Shown here piece after piece: positions 1 through 12,780 of a stretch of 64,000 nt of DNA (position 1 is the first letter of the stretch; each line of letters opens with the position of its first letter). The DNA comes from Curvularia clavata. Taxonomy: Eukaryota. Location: assembly GCA_023920165.1 (NCBI GenBank), contig CP089276.1, positions 2,604,001 through 2,668,000 on the forward strand, in the 5' to 3' direction. A program made the position numbers and the translations under genes. Below the pieces are notes generated by a model. It did not search any database. It was not told the origin of the DNA and saw only the letters and a list, made by a program, of their open reading frames with translations.

Positions 1-670
1 CAGTCCAACCTTAAAGTCTAGCTTGAGTGAGAGAAAAACGAAAAGACGACGTAAGACCTTTCACAGGAAAACGTGGCACAAATGCGCTACTTGAGAAGAT
101 TTTGGTGCAACAAGACCTGTTTGATTCATGAGGGTAAGTCTGGAGAATTTTATTGCTATTCCGCAATTGGACCGCGGTGCTAGTATTTCCTGAAACAGAG
201 ATCCAGGTCGGCCGAGCGAATTCTTCTAGATCGATATGGATGCGCTGCTTTGCACTGTACCCACGATCACAATGCCGCAGCGGCAAGTTAACGCCTCAGC
301 CGATCTGTTATGACGAAATGACAACGGCGACTAAACAAGGATTGCCTGGGCATCTTTGCTTGTTACGGGTCGCCACGTTGTCTCGGCAGATCGAATCGTT
401 TCAGGAACAAGGGATGCGACATGTTGACGTCTTCACCGCGAGTCTTGTCCGAGATTTTTGCAGTCTTGTCGCCCTAAATGGAGATGCTTTTCGGACCTTT
501 TATGACGGGGTTAACGGTGATTGTGGTGCACGCCCCGTTTTGAGGCTCAAGAACGTGGTTAAAGTGGGTCTGATGTCAACGGCGTAGATCGGCGAAAGGA
601 CAAAACACCAGGATAAGCCATACCTCCATGTCTCCAACCTCATACCGAGTTTCGATGTATTACAAATGCT

Positions 671-710
671 AGGAAAATTTCTAGAAGGTTGGAAAGAGTG
701 TAAATATAAA
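671..710 (+). promoter_or_regulatory. TATA box and heat-shock-element-like motif upstream of the alcohol dehydrogenase
   Basis: TATAAA at 705-710, about 130 nt before the ATG at 839. AAA-nn-TTC-nn-GAA-nn-TTG at 674-691 gives two perfect and two imperfect nGAAn units. Confidence 0.35.
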
Positions 711-838
711 ACTGTAGCGGTATACTGCGTGTAGTTACCATTCTATCCATCAAAACTCATCTCACATCAACGCAACTACTCTTTCCAATCTCTTATTTTC
801 GTGCAATTCCCTTTCAGTACCAGAGCAAGCGAAAAGAC

Positions 839-1894
839 ATGTCCTCATCATCTGATTTCCAGGGCTGGGTCGCCCATGACCCCTCTGCCGCCGATGGCAA
901 CATGAAATGGGGCGAATACACTCCCAAGAACTTCGAGTCCACCGACATTGAGATGGAAATTAGCCACTGCGGCGTCTGCGGCTCCGATATCCACACCCTC
1001 CGCTCCGGCTGGGGCCCCTCAGACTACCCTCTAGTCGTCGGTCACGAGATCATCGGCAAGGTTACCCGTGTTGGAGACGACGTCAAGGACCTCAAGGTCG
1101 GTGACCGCGTTGGTGTTGGTGCGCAGTCTGATTGCTGTGAGAGCTGCAGGCCTTGCAAGAGCAAGCAGGAGTCCAACTGCAACAGCTTTGTCATGACCTA
1201 CAATGCCAAGTACAAGTCTGGCGACAAGGCCCAGGGCGGTTACGCAAAGAAGTGGCGTGGTCCTGCTTCCTTTGCAATTCCCATCCCTGAGGGCCTTCCT
1301 TCCGAGTACGCTGCTCCTCTCATGTGCGGTGGTGTAACTGTCTACAACCCTCTCGTCACCTACGGCGCTGGCCCAGGAAAGCGCGTTGGTGTTGTTGGTA
1401 TTGGTGGTCTCGGTCACTTTGCTCTTCTTTTCGCAAAGGCCCTCGGCTGCGACGAAGTCGTCGCCATCTCGCGCTCCTCTTCCAAGAAGGCCGACGCCAT
1501 GGAGCTTGGTGCTGATAGATTCATCGCTACTGGCGAGGACCCCGAGTGGATGACCAAGAACGCCAATGGCCTCGACATCATCATTTCCACAATCTCTGGC
1601 GGTTTCGCTCTCGACCAGTACCTCAACCTCCTCGACGTCAACGGTACTTTCGTTCAGCTCGGTGCTCCCGATGACCCACTTCCCAGCTTCTCCCCCATGG
1701 GTTTGATCTTCAAGAACTTGAAGATTGCTGGCTCTCTCATTGGTACCAGGCAACACATTGCCGACATGCTGGAGTTGGCAAAGAAGACGAACCTCAAGGC
1801 TTGGGTCCAAGTCAGGCCCATGTCTGAGGCTAACGATGTTGTAGTCGACTTTGAGAAGGGTCTGCCCAGGTACCGCTATGTGCTCAAGAACTAA
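839..1894 (+). CDS. NADP-dependent zinc alcohol dehydrogenase, cinnamyl-alcohol dehydrogenase / yeast Adh6-Adh7 family
   Basis: Intronless 351-aa ORF. Catalytic Zn motifs CGVCGSDIH and GHEIIG, structural Zn CESCRPC...C, Rossmann GIGGLG, C-terminal RYRYVL. Strong C/T-ending codon bias. Confidence 0.93.
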   Translation: MSSSSDFQGWVAHDPSAADGNMKWGEYTPKNFESTDIEMEISHCGVCGSDIHTLRSGWGPSDYPLVVGHEIIGKVTRVGDDVKDLKVGDRVGVGAQSDCCESCRPCKSKQESNCNSFVMTYNAKYKSGDKAQGGYAKKWRGPASFAIPIPEGLPSEYAAPLMCGGVTVYNPLVTYGAGPGKRVGVVGIGGLGHFALLFAKALGCDEVVAISRSSSKKADAMELGADRFIATGEDPEWMTKNANGLDIIISTISGGFALDQYLNLLDVNGTFVQLGAPDDPLPSFSPMGLIFKNLKIAGSLIGTRQHIADMLELAKKTNLKAWVQVRPMSEANDVVVDFEKGLPRYRYVLKN

Positions 1895-3034
1895 GTCGTT
1901 GGTGGAAGAATAGATACAAACAAAAACGATACCCTGTATTTGTAAAATAGATGACATGGCATGAATAAAACATTTAGTTTCAGAATCCATAGACTTCATT
2001 GAAAACTTAAATTTTAGCTTCCGTTGATTTCTCTTTTGATACCGCGGATTGCATAATAGCCGCCTTCTCATCTATTACTACAGTCGTACTTATCGATGCG
2101 CAGGAGTGCTACTCCCATTGGGTCCTGGCGCAGTAAAATCCACTAAAGCTATAAGTTTTTATAAAGCTAAGAATGGGCAGGTGTCATGGTCATCAGCACC
2201 GAGTCATGGAAGCATATCACTAACAATGTAAACTAGAAGTAGAATTAATAGCATACTAATTTATGTTTACATAATCATGCTAACTTACCACAAGTCATCT
2301 GGGCGGCCAGATAGTAGTCAATAATACTGTGCGATGGGTGCACTGCGGCTACAGTATTAGCATTTCCAACTCAAGTGGTATGTCGACATAGCAACATGTT
2401 CATTTGAAAGGGTACCCTCACCGGCTGACGACAAGAGATCATTAGTGAAGTCAAATTCCTGGGAAAGAAGGCCATGAATGAGAACCATTAGGCTTCAAGC
2501 AAGACATTCACATCTCTGTCATGGCCCTAACCACGCTCAAACAATTTCGGGTTTGTATACATGTTTCAGTGAGGACATCAGCATTGTGAACATATTCAAT
2601 TATTTCTTAATGGATTGACATGTTTCCTCTACGAACAATCAACCTAAGATAGCTCAAGAGGACCAAGTTATGAGAGATCTGTGTTTTTGCCAAGGTTAGG
2701 TTACTGCATTTTGTACACCATCCCGAATTGCTCCTGACACATCTGACCTAGTCCAGTTAACTTTTCGCTTAGAACTTGGCGTTGTCGCAAAGCTACGTGT
2801 TTGGCTCCTGGCAATCGATAAGTTGGTGTCATAGACGGCCCGTATGTGTAGTTGTTACGGGTACTAACAGGGCAGCTCTTGAATCAATGCACTCTTGGTG
2901 TGGGGTTTCCGTACAAGGACTACCAGCTGTCACCGAGAAGAAGGCTTGGCAATGCAGAGGTTTTGGCAGTTTGGTGATCGATATATAAATTTTTTTTTTT
3001 GAAATACTAAATAGTGTATAAGGAGACCAGAAAT

Positions 3035-4567
3035 CTACACGCTGGAGATACTGGTGCTACTGCTTTGAGTAGGCTTTTGTTGACCAAAGCGGCCCAAATC
3101 CGCGCCAACAAGCGACAGCTCATCACTGTCGGTATGTCGCACTTCGTATGTGGTTGTGTATGTGATGGCATCTAGATTCTGACCCTTCTTCGAGCCAAGC
3201 GACTTCCCTGCCTTGCTGCCTAATGCGACATCGTCCTTTTTCATTCCATAACTTTGATTTCCAGTTCCATAGTATGCTGCTCGGTCGGTGGTGGCTTTGG
3301 TTGTGCCGAGAACCTTGGGGAACAGGCGCATGAGAATTATGCGTATTGTGGGCAAGTTGGCACACATGATACCGATATTCAGCTCGAGGTTTGACCAGTT
3401 GATGACGTCGACCTGATCCCATGTTGGATTGAGGGAAGAGGCGAAAGTGACAAGGGACCGTAGACGAAGAACGGAAATAACAGTGACACTTGATACAAAA
3501 TTAGCGCCAGGGCTTTCTGAAATAATATAGTTATGGCTTACAATGTTCCCACGCAAAACATGACGGCGACGCCGAGCTTCTTGCGCCATGATAGTTGTAG
3601 GTGGAAGACCTCATACAAGGGCAATACAAGCATCCAGATATCCATAATGATGCTGATAATGGCGTTGGCCCATGCAAGTGCGTTGATGTTGATGCAATGG
3701 CCCTGGTGTTCCCCGTCCCATTTAGTCCAATTGAATGACATCGGTCGGCATTGGAGAAGTGATGTGAGGATGAAGGCGATACCGTTAAGCGTATTGAAGA
3801 TAATAGTTCCCCAAATTAGTCGCCTGGTGAGTGGTTTCGGGAAAATTCGTAGAAAAAAGAAAAGAAGCATATACTTCAAGAGGGCGATGTGGAGGAAGTA
3901 GAGCACTTCCAAGCCGTAAAGATATTTGGAAAATTCGGTAATCTTGTTGGGATCAACCGTCCACACATCTTGTCCGAGTCCATTAGGAACGACTTTCCTG
4001 TCAATGAAGACGACGGACGGGGCACCTGCGAACAAGGCGATGAGCACACAGTAGTCGTCGGCTCCTAGTTCGGCAGAGGAGAAGGCCTTATAGAAGATCC
4101 TGGTGAGACCAATGGCGGCGGTTATGACGGCAATAACGATATTAGATACCCGGATACCCTCGCCTTTGTTACGAATCGGAGCGTGGCATAGTGTCGAAGT
4201 GATGTTTTTGGTTGCTGAGTTTTGTGTTAGGGATGATAGTAGCTAAGTTAAAGAGATACTTACCCAATGCCTGTCTGAGCGTGCACGACTTGAGCACACA
4301 ACCTTCAACTGCGCTTTGCATCTTCATGTCGTGACATGTGCAGTTGACATCGGTCAACGAACATGACGAGTTCGAGACGGCACTAACAAGACACACTTGC
4401 TAGATAGTAGTATTAGTAAATGAGGGCGAAGTCAGTCGGAAGGGACGTACCGCGCAGTCAGGAAGCTGTGCTACGGCTGATAGCAAGTCCGAGCCATCAG
4501 TCGACTGCTGAGCAAGCCCCAGCTGCACCCATGCCAGCAATGTAAGCAGTAGGTGCAATAACTTCAT
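3035..4567 (-). CDS. Pth11-like CFEM-domain seven-transmembrane receptor
   Basis: ATG at 4567 gives signal peptide MKLLHLLLTLLAWVQLGLAQ. CFEM cysteine pattern (LPDCA|QVCL..SSCSLTDVNCTC..CVLKSC..LC) is spread across introns at about 4450-4400 and 4263-4215. Rhodopsin-like TM region follows (GLGQDVW, QCRPMSFNW, DIWMLVLP, W-S-x-x-E-x-N-x-G-I-x-C-A-x-L-P), with a third intron at about 3542-3490. Confidence 0.88.
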
Positions 4568-7500
4568 CCTTTCTAGCACTGGAATGTGACCAGGAACTGA
4601 ACAAACGAAGTTGTTAGAGAAGCAGTGCTGTTCCAGAACAAGCTCCTGCGGATACGGAGAATATTTAGAATGGAATCATAAAGGAGCCAGTGGAAGCCGC
4701 TTCGTCTCCAGGGGCCACCTTCTACTACATACTAAGAACTAGTAGAGAGGCGAACAGCCACAAGCACAATGCGCCATGGGACGACGACGGCAATGCTAGC
4801 GTTGGTGGTAGGTGGGGCCCGTGGGACTCTAGTGTCTTTGATAGAGCGGACTTCCTCACCGGCGCCAGATGGCGAAAGCAAGAGTGTGTTCGCCGTCGAC
4901 ATGATCCCTGCTCACATATGGGAGTATCTACGCTAGGTTGCATGATGATCGAATATGGCCAATGGTGGAGCGGAGATCAGGCAGGGAAAGGCAGTCTCAG
5001 GCGCGTTGAAGTGGATCTCTCTTCGTAATCTGCAAGGGACAATGCTATACCACCACCGGAAATCACACTTTTCATGAACAGTGGGCTCGAAGCCGTTGAA
5101 GGGGTTCGCCTAAGTTACGGAAAGTGGTATGAAAGACGGAAAGGAGGCATGCCCCGACCTTGGGCCACTGAGCAGAATCCTTCGAACCCTGACCCCAACA
5201 GGGACCTGCGGGTGCCTAGACTCGTCGGATGTTGTCCAAAGATGAGTGCTGATACACATCAAACCGTCAACCCGCAAAGGAAGCCGGGAGGCGTTCCGAA
5301 GACAGACTCCAGGCCTGTCGCCAAGGTGCGGAAGCGACTGGGCACGATGGTGGGCGCCACGGCTAGGGAACACTCGCGCTGAACCCCCCCGTACAAGCCC
5401 GTGTATCCGACGTCAACCAAGCACTGCCTATGCGCAGCACACCAGCTGGACAATGGTACATTTTAGCTCCTTTTGACCACATGGCGGTTCGGCACTTTTT
5501 GAAAATCATGTTCGCAACGGTGTCGATCAGCTTGCGTCAACCAAGGTGGCCTCCCAGATGCTCAACGCCACCCGTTGCTGACGCTGCCTTACAGGCATTC
5601 AGCCGTCTGGCACATGTCAATTGTTTTGGAAGCATGTGTACCAAGCGATATTGCGGGTCGAAAGATCAATCTGCCCCTGGAGAAAGTTCGCAATTGAAAT
5701 TGGTGTTCTAGTCCCCTCGTCCAGAAAAGTGCATTGCGCCGCCCTTTCATTAGACTGGACGCCTCCCTATCGCCTAGTGTGTTCTCTCTGCTTCATGAGT
5801 TTTATGCCAGTGACGACGGGCTGCGAGAGCATCTTAAATGTCTTGGTCCTTTTTTTTTCTCAGCCTCCACAAAAAATTATCGTCATTCGTGCCATTAAAT
5901 TCCAATGGCTTTAGGAGTGATGCCTCCGAGCCTAGTACGCCACACCCGAAGTCCTCAACCACTCGCATTCCTTTGTGCGTCTTGGACGCACCGTCATTCA
6001 CCCGAAGTTTCATCCGTAGGATCAGAGACCGCTCCCTTGAAAGAATTAGGGTTCTAGAAACCATGTGTCGGGAGCAGAAGCAAACCCTGGTCCATAGCGC
6101 AGCCTTGCATGGTATACCTGACACGGTATCGAAACGAACCCATGCATCGGTGCAAATACAGTTTTGCTGGGACGCATATATTTCCCTTTTTCCCATGGGC
6201 CGCCATCCAAGCTGACATTGGTGGCGTCCTCTCAGTGTGGGATGGCGTGAGATATTTACCTCGACGTTCTTCCCTTGACTCGGACAAAGCTTGCTTACGC
6301 ATGCTTCAGTACCAACAACAGTGACGACTGCGAAACGCCATGACCCAGTTGTTGAGGGGTTGTGTGAGCCACGACTCACGAGTGGCACATCCCCCGCGTT
6401 CATCACTCGTATCCTAGCGATCACCATGCAGGGTCTTCACGTGGAGTGCATGCATTCTAACCTGTCCAAATACCCATCATTGCCGATAATATTCACTGCT
6501 TTTACGGCAGCTGAGCTTGTCGCCGGTATACCTGCCGAACCATATCCGACGAAACTCCTCGAGGCCAATAGATCATATCAGATACCATTGATTCAAGCAA
6601 CATTGCAACGTCATGTCCACGCTTCCGAAGGCTCGCATTCCGACATCATTCTATGGACGCACACATGCAACTCCTCGATTGATTCCATTAGCCCATCTAT
6701 TTGGTTGCGCCTACCATCCACATCCCGAAGTCGCTATCCCCTTGAAATGTGCGCCATCTGCAGCTAGTTCAGCTGTCTAGTACTAGACTTTGGTAGTGTC
6801 GGAAAGTTACATGAAGCCAGCACTAGGCAGTGACATGTTCACGTGGCCTTTGCCGGATGGACCGATCATTCCGTTGTTGGTACGAAGCGGCTGATAGTCG
6901 GCATCGCACATCATCGCCAATCGATACACGCGCTAGCAGTTGACGATCACGGCGCAAGTTACGAAAAACGACATCTTCTACACAGACGAGCTAAGAATAT
7001 CCCGCCAGCATATAGCAGGGAGGCTTTGTTTCCACAGCGCGTATTTCCCAATTGGTTGAATGGTGTTGGATCTTCAATCCAATTCGGTAAACCATTGCGT
7101 TTTTCGGCAACCTCTTGAACATATTCGGTATGCATGCGACTGCGCCTTGACAAAACGGCTTCCAAATGCACGGCGTCTCGACCGCTTTTCGAGACGCTTA
7201 TGCAAGCGACAAAGGTTGCAGCCGATGCCACCTTTGCTTCGTACGGCGGTATTGTCTTATTTGGATTGATTTCTCGATTTTTTTTCTTACTCAATAGAGA
7301 TCTCACATGCGTCTCACGACTGTGATCTACCCTCGGCTTCCAGGTCTCTGGCATTGATCTGCTTCCATAGCTCGATTCTAGTCAAGCTAGACGTTTTCTA
7401 CACAAAATGCAAACTTTGTTACTCCATCACTTGCTCGGACACAAAACAAAACTGGTTTCTCTAAAGATGCCGATCGTCTATTTTGTGGTCAGCGAACGGC

Positions 7501-9667
7501 ATTTTCCTTTCCCTCTTCATGGTCACACAATTCCATGTCCTTTGTATACTAGTCACGGTCATGCCTGCCTATTCCCGTACAGCCGAGCGATCAACTATTA
7601 CCTGATTCAGTTTCCCCACAGTTCGCCGACTCATGGACTTTACAAGAACGAAGTGCAGACTGTGCGCGAAGTACGTTATATGCTCGACCGAGCAGGCAAA
7701 AGTCACACGCTATGATCTGCAAATTGAGTGAAGATCTGTATATCAACATCACATGATTGACTAGGGAAGCAATAGGGATTTCTACGTTGGAGTGCTACAC
7801 TCGCCTACAAGTAGCATGTGAAACGTCTCTTTCGTTCTCGTAATAGGGTACAATGGTCGCATACGATCACCTTGTCAGTACTGATGCTAATATGTGAGTC
7901 TTGCTTTGCTTCTTAACTTAAAAAAGCCTGGTACATACAGAAAATATGGATTAACACATAGTAATCGGTGAGTGTATAGCAAAGTATTAATCTTATGCTC
8001 TCTTTAAAACCTATATAAAGACAATACATTAGCATTGCTAAATACGTCGAGTAAAAAGACTATAATGCCAGAAACTCCTACGACCATCTAGCAATAAGCT
8101 ATGCTATAAATATAATTAGCCGCAGCCATATTATCATCGCCTGCAATGGAAGAGCGAAAAATCAAGCAATCACCTGCACCGTGTTTTTTAATCACTCCAG
8201 CAAGTGTCCGGATTCGAACGGCGGCACTCCTAGCTTAGCAACCCATTATATGGGACACTGAGTGGGTTGTTTCTATAACCTATCAGCATCTCGTCTCAAT
8301 GATTTTATTCAATGCTCGCTATTAGCGATTTGACCCATATGGGCTCGTTCGTAGTCTAATGTTTGGTGCATGATATGTATACACCCACCCAGTGCCCCGG
8401 CTAGGAGCCTGCCCGGAGGATTGCATGATGGTAATATAGAAGATACACAGGTAGACACTCGGTAAACTAGATAATAGCGGGAAGTGTGGCTGATTTTGCT
8501 GGGCTGGGTTCTACCTGTTGTTTGCTACTCATATGCTCATCGAAACAAACGGAACACGGTAATGTTCTGATAAAGCAAACACATGGGCCTCTGATAAACT
8601 TGTACCTGGCTCGAAACAAAAGGCTGATGTGGTTTTTGATATGCCGCCATTGCGCTGTAATCATAAACTCTGTTATTGAGATTCTTACACGTGAATGGAT
8701 GCAGCAGGATGTCTTAGTCATTTTCTCACCTGCTCCGACATTATACGCAGGATACTCGATTGCATTCGTAGTCAAGAAATAGAACAATGTATCCACCAGT
8801 GCACCGATCAACATAATAGTAGCCGGCAGCCTTGGAAGTAACTACAAGGATGTTATCTAGAATCTGAGCAACATCGGCAATATATGTATTGTCCCACTGA
8901 CTGAAGTTGGTGTTCTTATTGCGATAAACTAGATCAGACATAGCTCCTTCGTCCGAGTTGACGGTCAGCAGAGTGAGAAGTCCCAAATACTAAAATCAAC
9001 AGCAATACAACAGTAACAAAAAAAGACGAACACTTGCATAAATATATTCAACGGTCCTTCCCATTTTACATCGTGCTCGTCGCCCAACGAAACACCAAAG
9101 AGGTATCATTTGTTCATCTCGTACAGTTGCAAACCCCAAAATTCCTCCTCTCCCCAGTTCCTCTGATCTCCACATACACAACATGCCCTAATCAAGAAAA
9201 GAACAACGCAAATACTCGACCTTGTTTTTGTTTCCAATGGTATCCAAGACAATTGAGTTAGGCAAGGAGAAAGAAATATAGCGCCATGATAGCAAACCAA
9301 AAAAAAAATCAAACAGGAGTACCGCTCCTTCAGAGTGTTCCAAGTATGAGGAAAATACGCGTGAATAGATAAAGAAAGAGTCGTCCAGCTGCAATAAATG
9401 AAGCAAGCTAATAAGAAAAAAAAAGACCTCTCCAGACCACAGAGGGAAAAAAAGATGGTATATCACCGCCACCACTGTATACACCCATCATTTCTTGCCT
9501 CGACCCTTTGCCAAGCCCATGGCTCGAAGCTAATGAAAAACAGTACAAAGCAGACATGTCTAGTGAGGAGTGACGCCGCCCAATGAAGACTTTGGTACAA
9601 GAACTTGAAGACATTACTAACACAGATATTCAGAACAATTGGGGGTAAAATGCTGGTCAATCTTCGT

Positions 9668-12267
9668 TCACCGTCCAAACAGACCACTACCAACGCTTAT
9701 TGTACCAAGGCCACTGCGCTGTGGTATAGGTGCTCGTGCTGCGTCGGGTCGAGCCGAGCCTGGTTGGCCAGGCGGAGGGTTGGGCGCTGAGTTCATTGGT
9801 CGCATGCTACCACCAACCCAGCGTTGACCGCCGTGCTCATGAGGCAGATCCATGTGCTGTGCCGCAGGGCTTGACATCATGCCATATGTCTCTCTGCTCA
9901 AGACGCCCATGTTGCCGCGGGGGTCAGAGCCAGGGCCGTCTCCATACACGGAGTGGTCTACAGGCGCGCGCTTCATATGTAGAACTGGTGACTCGGCATC
10001 GCCTAGGAGGCCATTGGTGTGGTGGGCGTTCGAAGAAGGAGGGTTAGAGTTCGCTTCAATTGTGGAAGCAGAACCATTCGGAGCAGTCAGGTCAACCATG
10101 CGACGTTGACCAGCTGGAGTCTGATAATTGGGCACCCGCGATGGCCCAAGAGGATATCGGCTCTCTTGATGTGATGGATGTCGTGGGTTGGCCCACGGCG
10201 TGCTCTCCAGAAATTGCTCTTCTGCAGCTGCTTCGTCTGCTGTTGTGGTTCTGTTGTAGGTACGGAATGATGGTGGCGGAGCCGGTGCTCGAGTAATAAT
10301 CTGCAACGCGAAATTAGCCACTACCTCTCTAGTAGTTGTATTGCGTTCCTTACCTTCATTGCTCGAAGATCTTCGTCGACCTCCGCTGGTTTCGCAGCAC
10401 TGATGTCTGGTGCCGCTGGGAAACCTACGTATTTGGCAACACCTGAAAGCACAGAGACCTCGAGGTTGTATGCCGTCTGGTGTCTGATTTGGTCGGACCG
10501 CTTCTCTGGCAATCGCACCATGTATTCAGTCTCGTCGCAGCCGAGTTGTCGCCTTCCACGCTGCAACTCGAACACTCGCTGATTACACTCCTCGAGTATT
10601 TCTTCGCGTATATGTCGCACTGTTTGAAAATATTGGCTGTGCATTTGGTGCCTTTCTGCTGCTGTAATGATCTCAAGATTCTTTTGCTTGTATTCCAATA
10701 ATCTTGTCTCGTAGGCGATCTTATCGGCGCGCCGATCGTCGATACACTTGATCATTGCGACGTACTCGGGGTGCACACAGTTGGGCTGTTTGAGCATTTC
10801 GAGCTCCCGCTCAAGCTGTGCTATTTGTTCGTCGCAAAGCCTGATTGCAGTCAATACCGAGTGGATCCAACCAAAAGCCCGACAGATTACTCACTTCTCT
10901 CTAAAGAGCTTAAACTTCTTCTCAATCTTTGCAAGCTCGTCAATGGCGATCTTCTTCTTAGTGACCTCCTCATCTAGCACAGCGCTATCTTCTTCATCTG
11001 GGTCGCACTCGGCTTCGCCTTCTTGAGGCTCGGCTGCTACAAAAGTCTCAGCGTAGGCATAGCTAGTGTCCTCTGTCTTTCGTTTGCCTCTTCTGCCACC
11101 CTTCCGCGGTTTTGTATGCTTCGCAACGGTTGCCATTTGGTTAACAGTTTGGGCGGCGATATTGGCTTGGCGCTCTTCGAGCTCCAGTTCCTCGCGCGCG
11201 AGTACAGAGAGATTCTCCTCAGCATTGTCGAGCTCTTCATCCGCCTCTGTACGACCTTGCCTATCGGCTGCAGCATCAGCTAAGTCATCAAGTGCTGAGT
11301 TCCTCGCAGGCTCGCTTCTCTTTCTTGAAGGTTCTTCCTCATCTTGTTCGTCTACGGGACTCCTCTCAGCGCTTGCTCTTTTGCGTTTCTTGCCCGCATG
11401 CTCCAGACTGGCAGCTTCTGTGCTCGCAATAAGCGACAGAGAATGCAGTGGGTTGTCCGCTGTATCTGCCGCATCAATGGGTGCCTCATCTGCAAGGGCA
11501 GATGGTGTGGCAGGGGCAGATTCGTCATCTTGAATAGTTTTAGAGTGGGCAAGTTTGCTGGGAGTTCTGGTATAAGCCGACTCGGATAGCAAGGTCGTCT
11601 CTGGAACTGTTCGCGAGAGCTTTCGTGGGGTGGTGTCTAAGCGCTCAGTCTCAGCCTCCGAGTCGTCTTCGTCTATATCTGCAGCTGGCGTCTGTCTCGG
11701 AGTGAGTTCGGATTGATCATCTGAAGCGTCTCCGAGCTCGCTCAAGCTACTGGAGCCGTTGTCTGCCGCGTCGTCGAAACCATTTGACGCTTGTTTGGCG
11801 GGCATTGTCTCTGCAATGGCTGTACTTGAAGCTTTCATCGTCGACAGCATCGCAGCAGCGACGGCAGTGGGTTCCTCGGCGGCGGCTGTCGCTGTCTGCG
11901 CGGCTGCTAGCTCGTGTGAGGGGGAGGCGGTAGAGGAGGGGTCGGGAAGTTCGGCGGGGACCGCTGTTACAGTGTCTGTGGGAACGTGTTAGATCGAGTG
12001 CATATTCGGACAGTAGTACGGAGAGGCGTGGTGAGTTGGGCAAGTTCGCGACTGTGTTGTCGCCTCGGTTGACGCAAAGATCGGCCGTCTCTGTGGAGAG
12101 CGACCCAGAGACACAACAAACTGCGCAGGGTCTGCGGGAATGGGCTGGGTGGGTTGTCGGGTTCGGGATGAAAGGCTGTATGACGTACTATCGGGCTGCG
12201 CGACTGTCTCGCGGCGGTTGGGAGCTGTTCTCGATGTGCTCCGTCTTGTGTGCTGGGGCGCGCTCAT
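9668..12267 (-). CDS. DEP1: Sds3-family Rpd3L histone deacetylase complex subunit, Dep1-like
   Basis: Acidic N-terminus (DSEAETERL) and Sds3-like coiled coil (AIDELAKIEKKFKLFREK|LCDEQIAQLEREL..HPEY..HSQYFQTVR). Predicted first exon from ATG 12267 with an in-frame intron 12188-11976 (GTACGT..CTAAC..CAG). Further introns at about 10894-10841 and 10353-10301. Confidence 0.78.
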
Positions 12268-12780
12268 AGTGCGCCCGCGCCAGAGGCCTCGTCAACTCGT
12301 GCCCAGTATGGTGAAAGGGTGGTGAGAAGGATGCAGCTGGTGCCCGCGATGCGGAAGCGGCGCTATGAGAATCAAAGTGCGCCGACGGTGGTGAGCCGTC
12401 AAAAACACTGCTGCCGGTGTGGAGGACGTGGGCGCCGAGTGAGAGGGTGCGTGCGAAGATGTTTTTGGCGACGAAGGCCAGACAAGGGCGCGATAGGGTG
12501 TATGGGAATGTGTGTGCAAACGCGAGACAACGACTGGCATGGGTGTGTTGGCGGTGGAAGCAGACGGCCGCTCTGTCAAGAGGGTGTAAACTGCGCTGTG
12601 AGGCGGGTCGATGGCCGGGAGAGGCCCTGAGTGTCTTGCGAATGACCGCACGCTCTTGAGGCGGGCGGTGAGGTTCTGCCATCTGCACGCCTGTCTGGGC
12701 CTAGCGTGCATTCGAGGTGAAGCGTCTCCACCAAAACTTTTTGACGAGCTTGCTGCACTTGCAACATCACAATCGCCGCA

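Noticed and set aside
1031..2071. 346-aa antisense ORF over the alcohol dehydrogenase
   Set aside because: Shadow frame produced by strong codon bias on the sense strand; no recognisable motifs.
8203..8259. tRNA-like element on the minus strand (GTTCGAATCC B-box inside a 7-bp AGTGTCC/GGACACT stem)
   Set aside because: Only about 57 nt, the T-stem does not pair canonically, and there is no A-box or anticodon arm. At most a relic; tRNAscan-SE would settle it.
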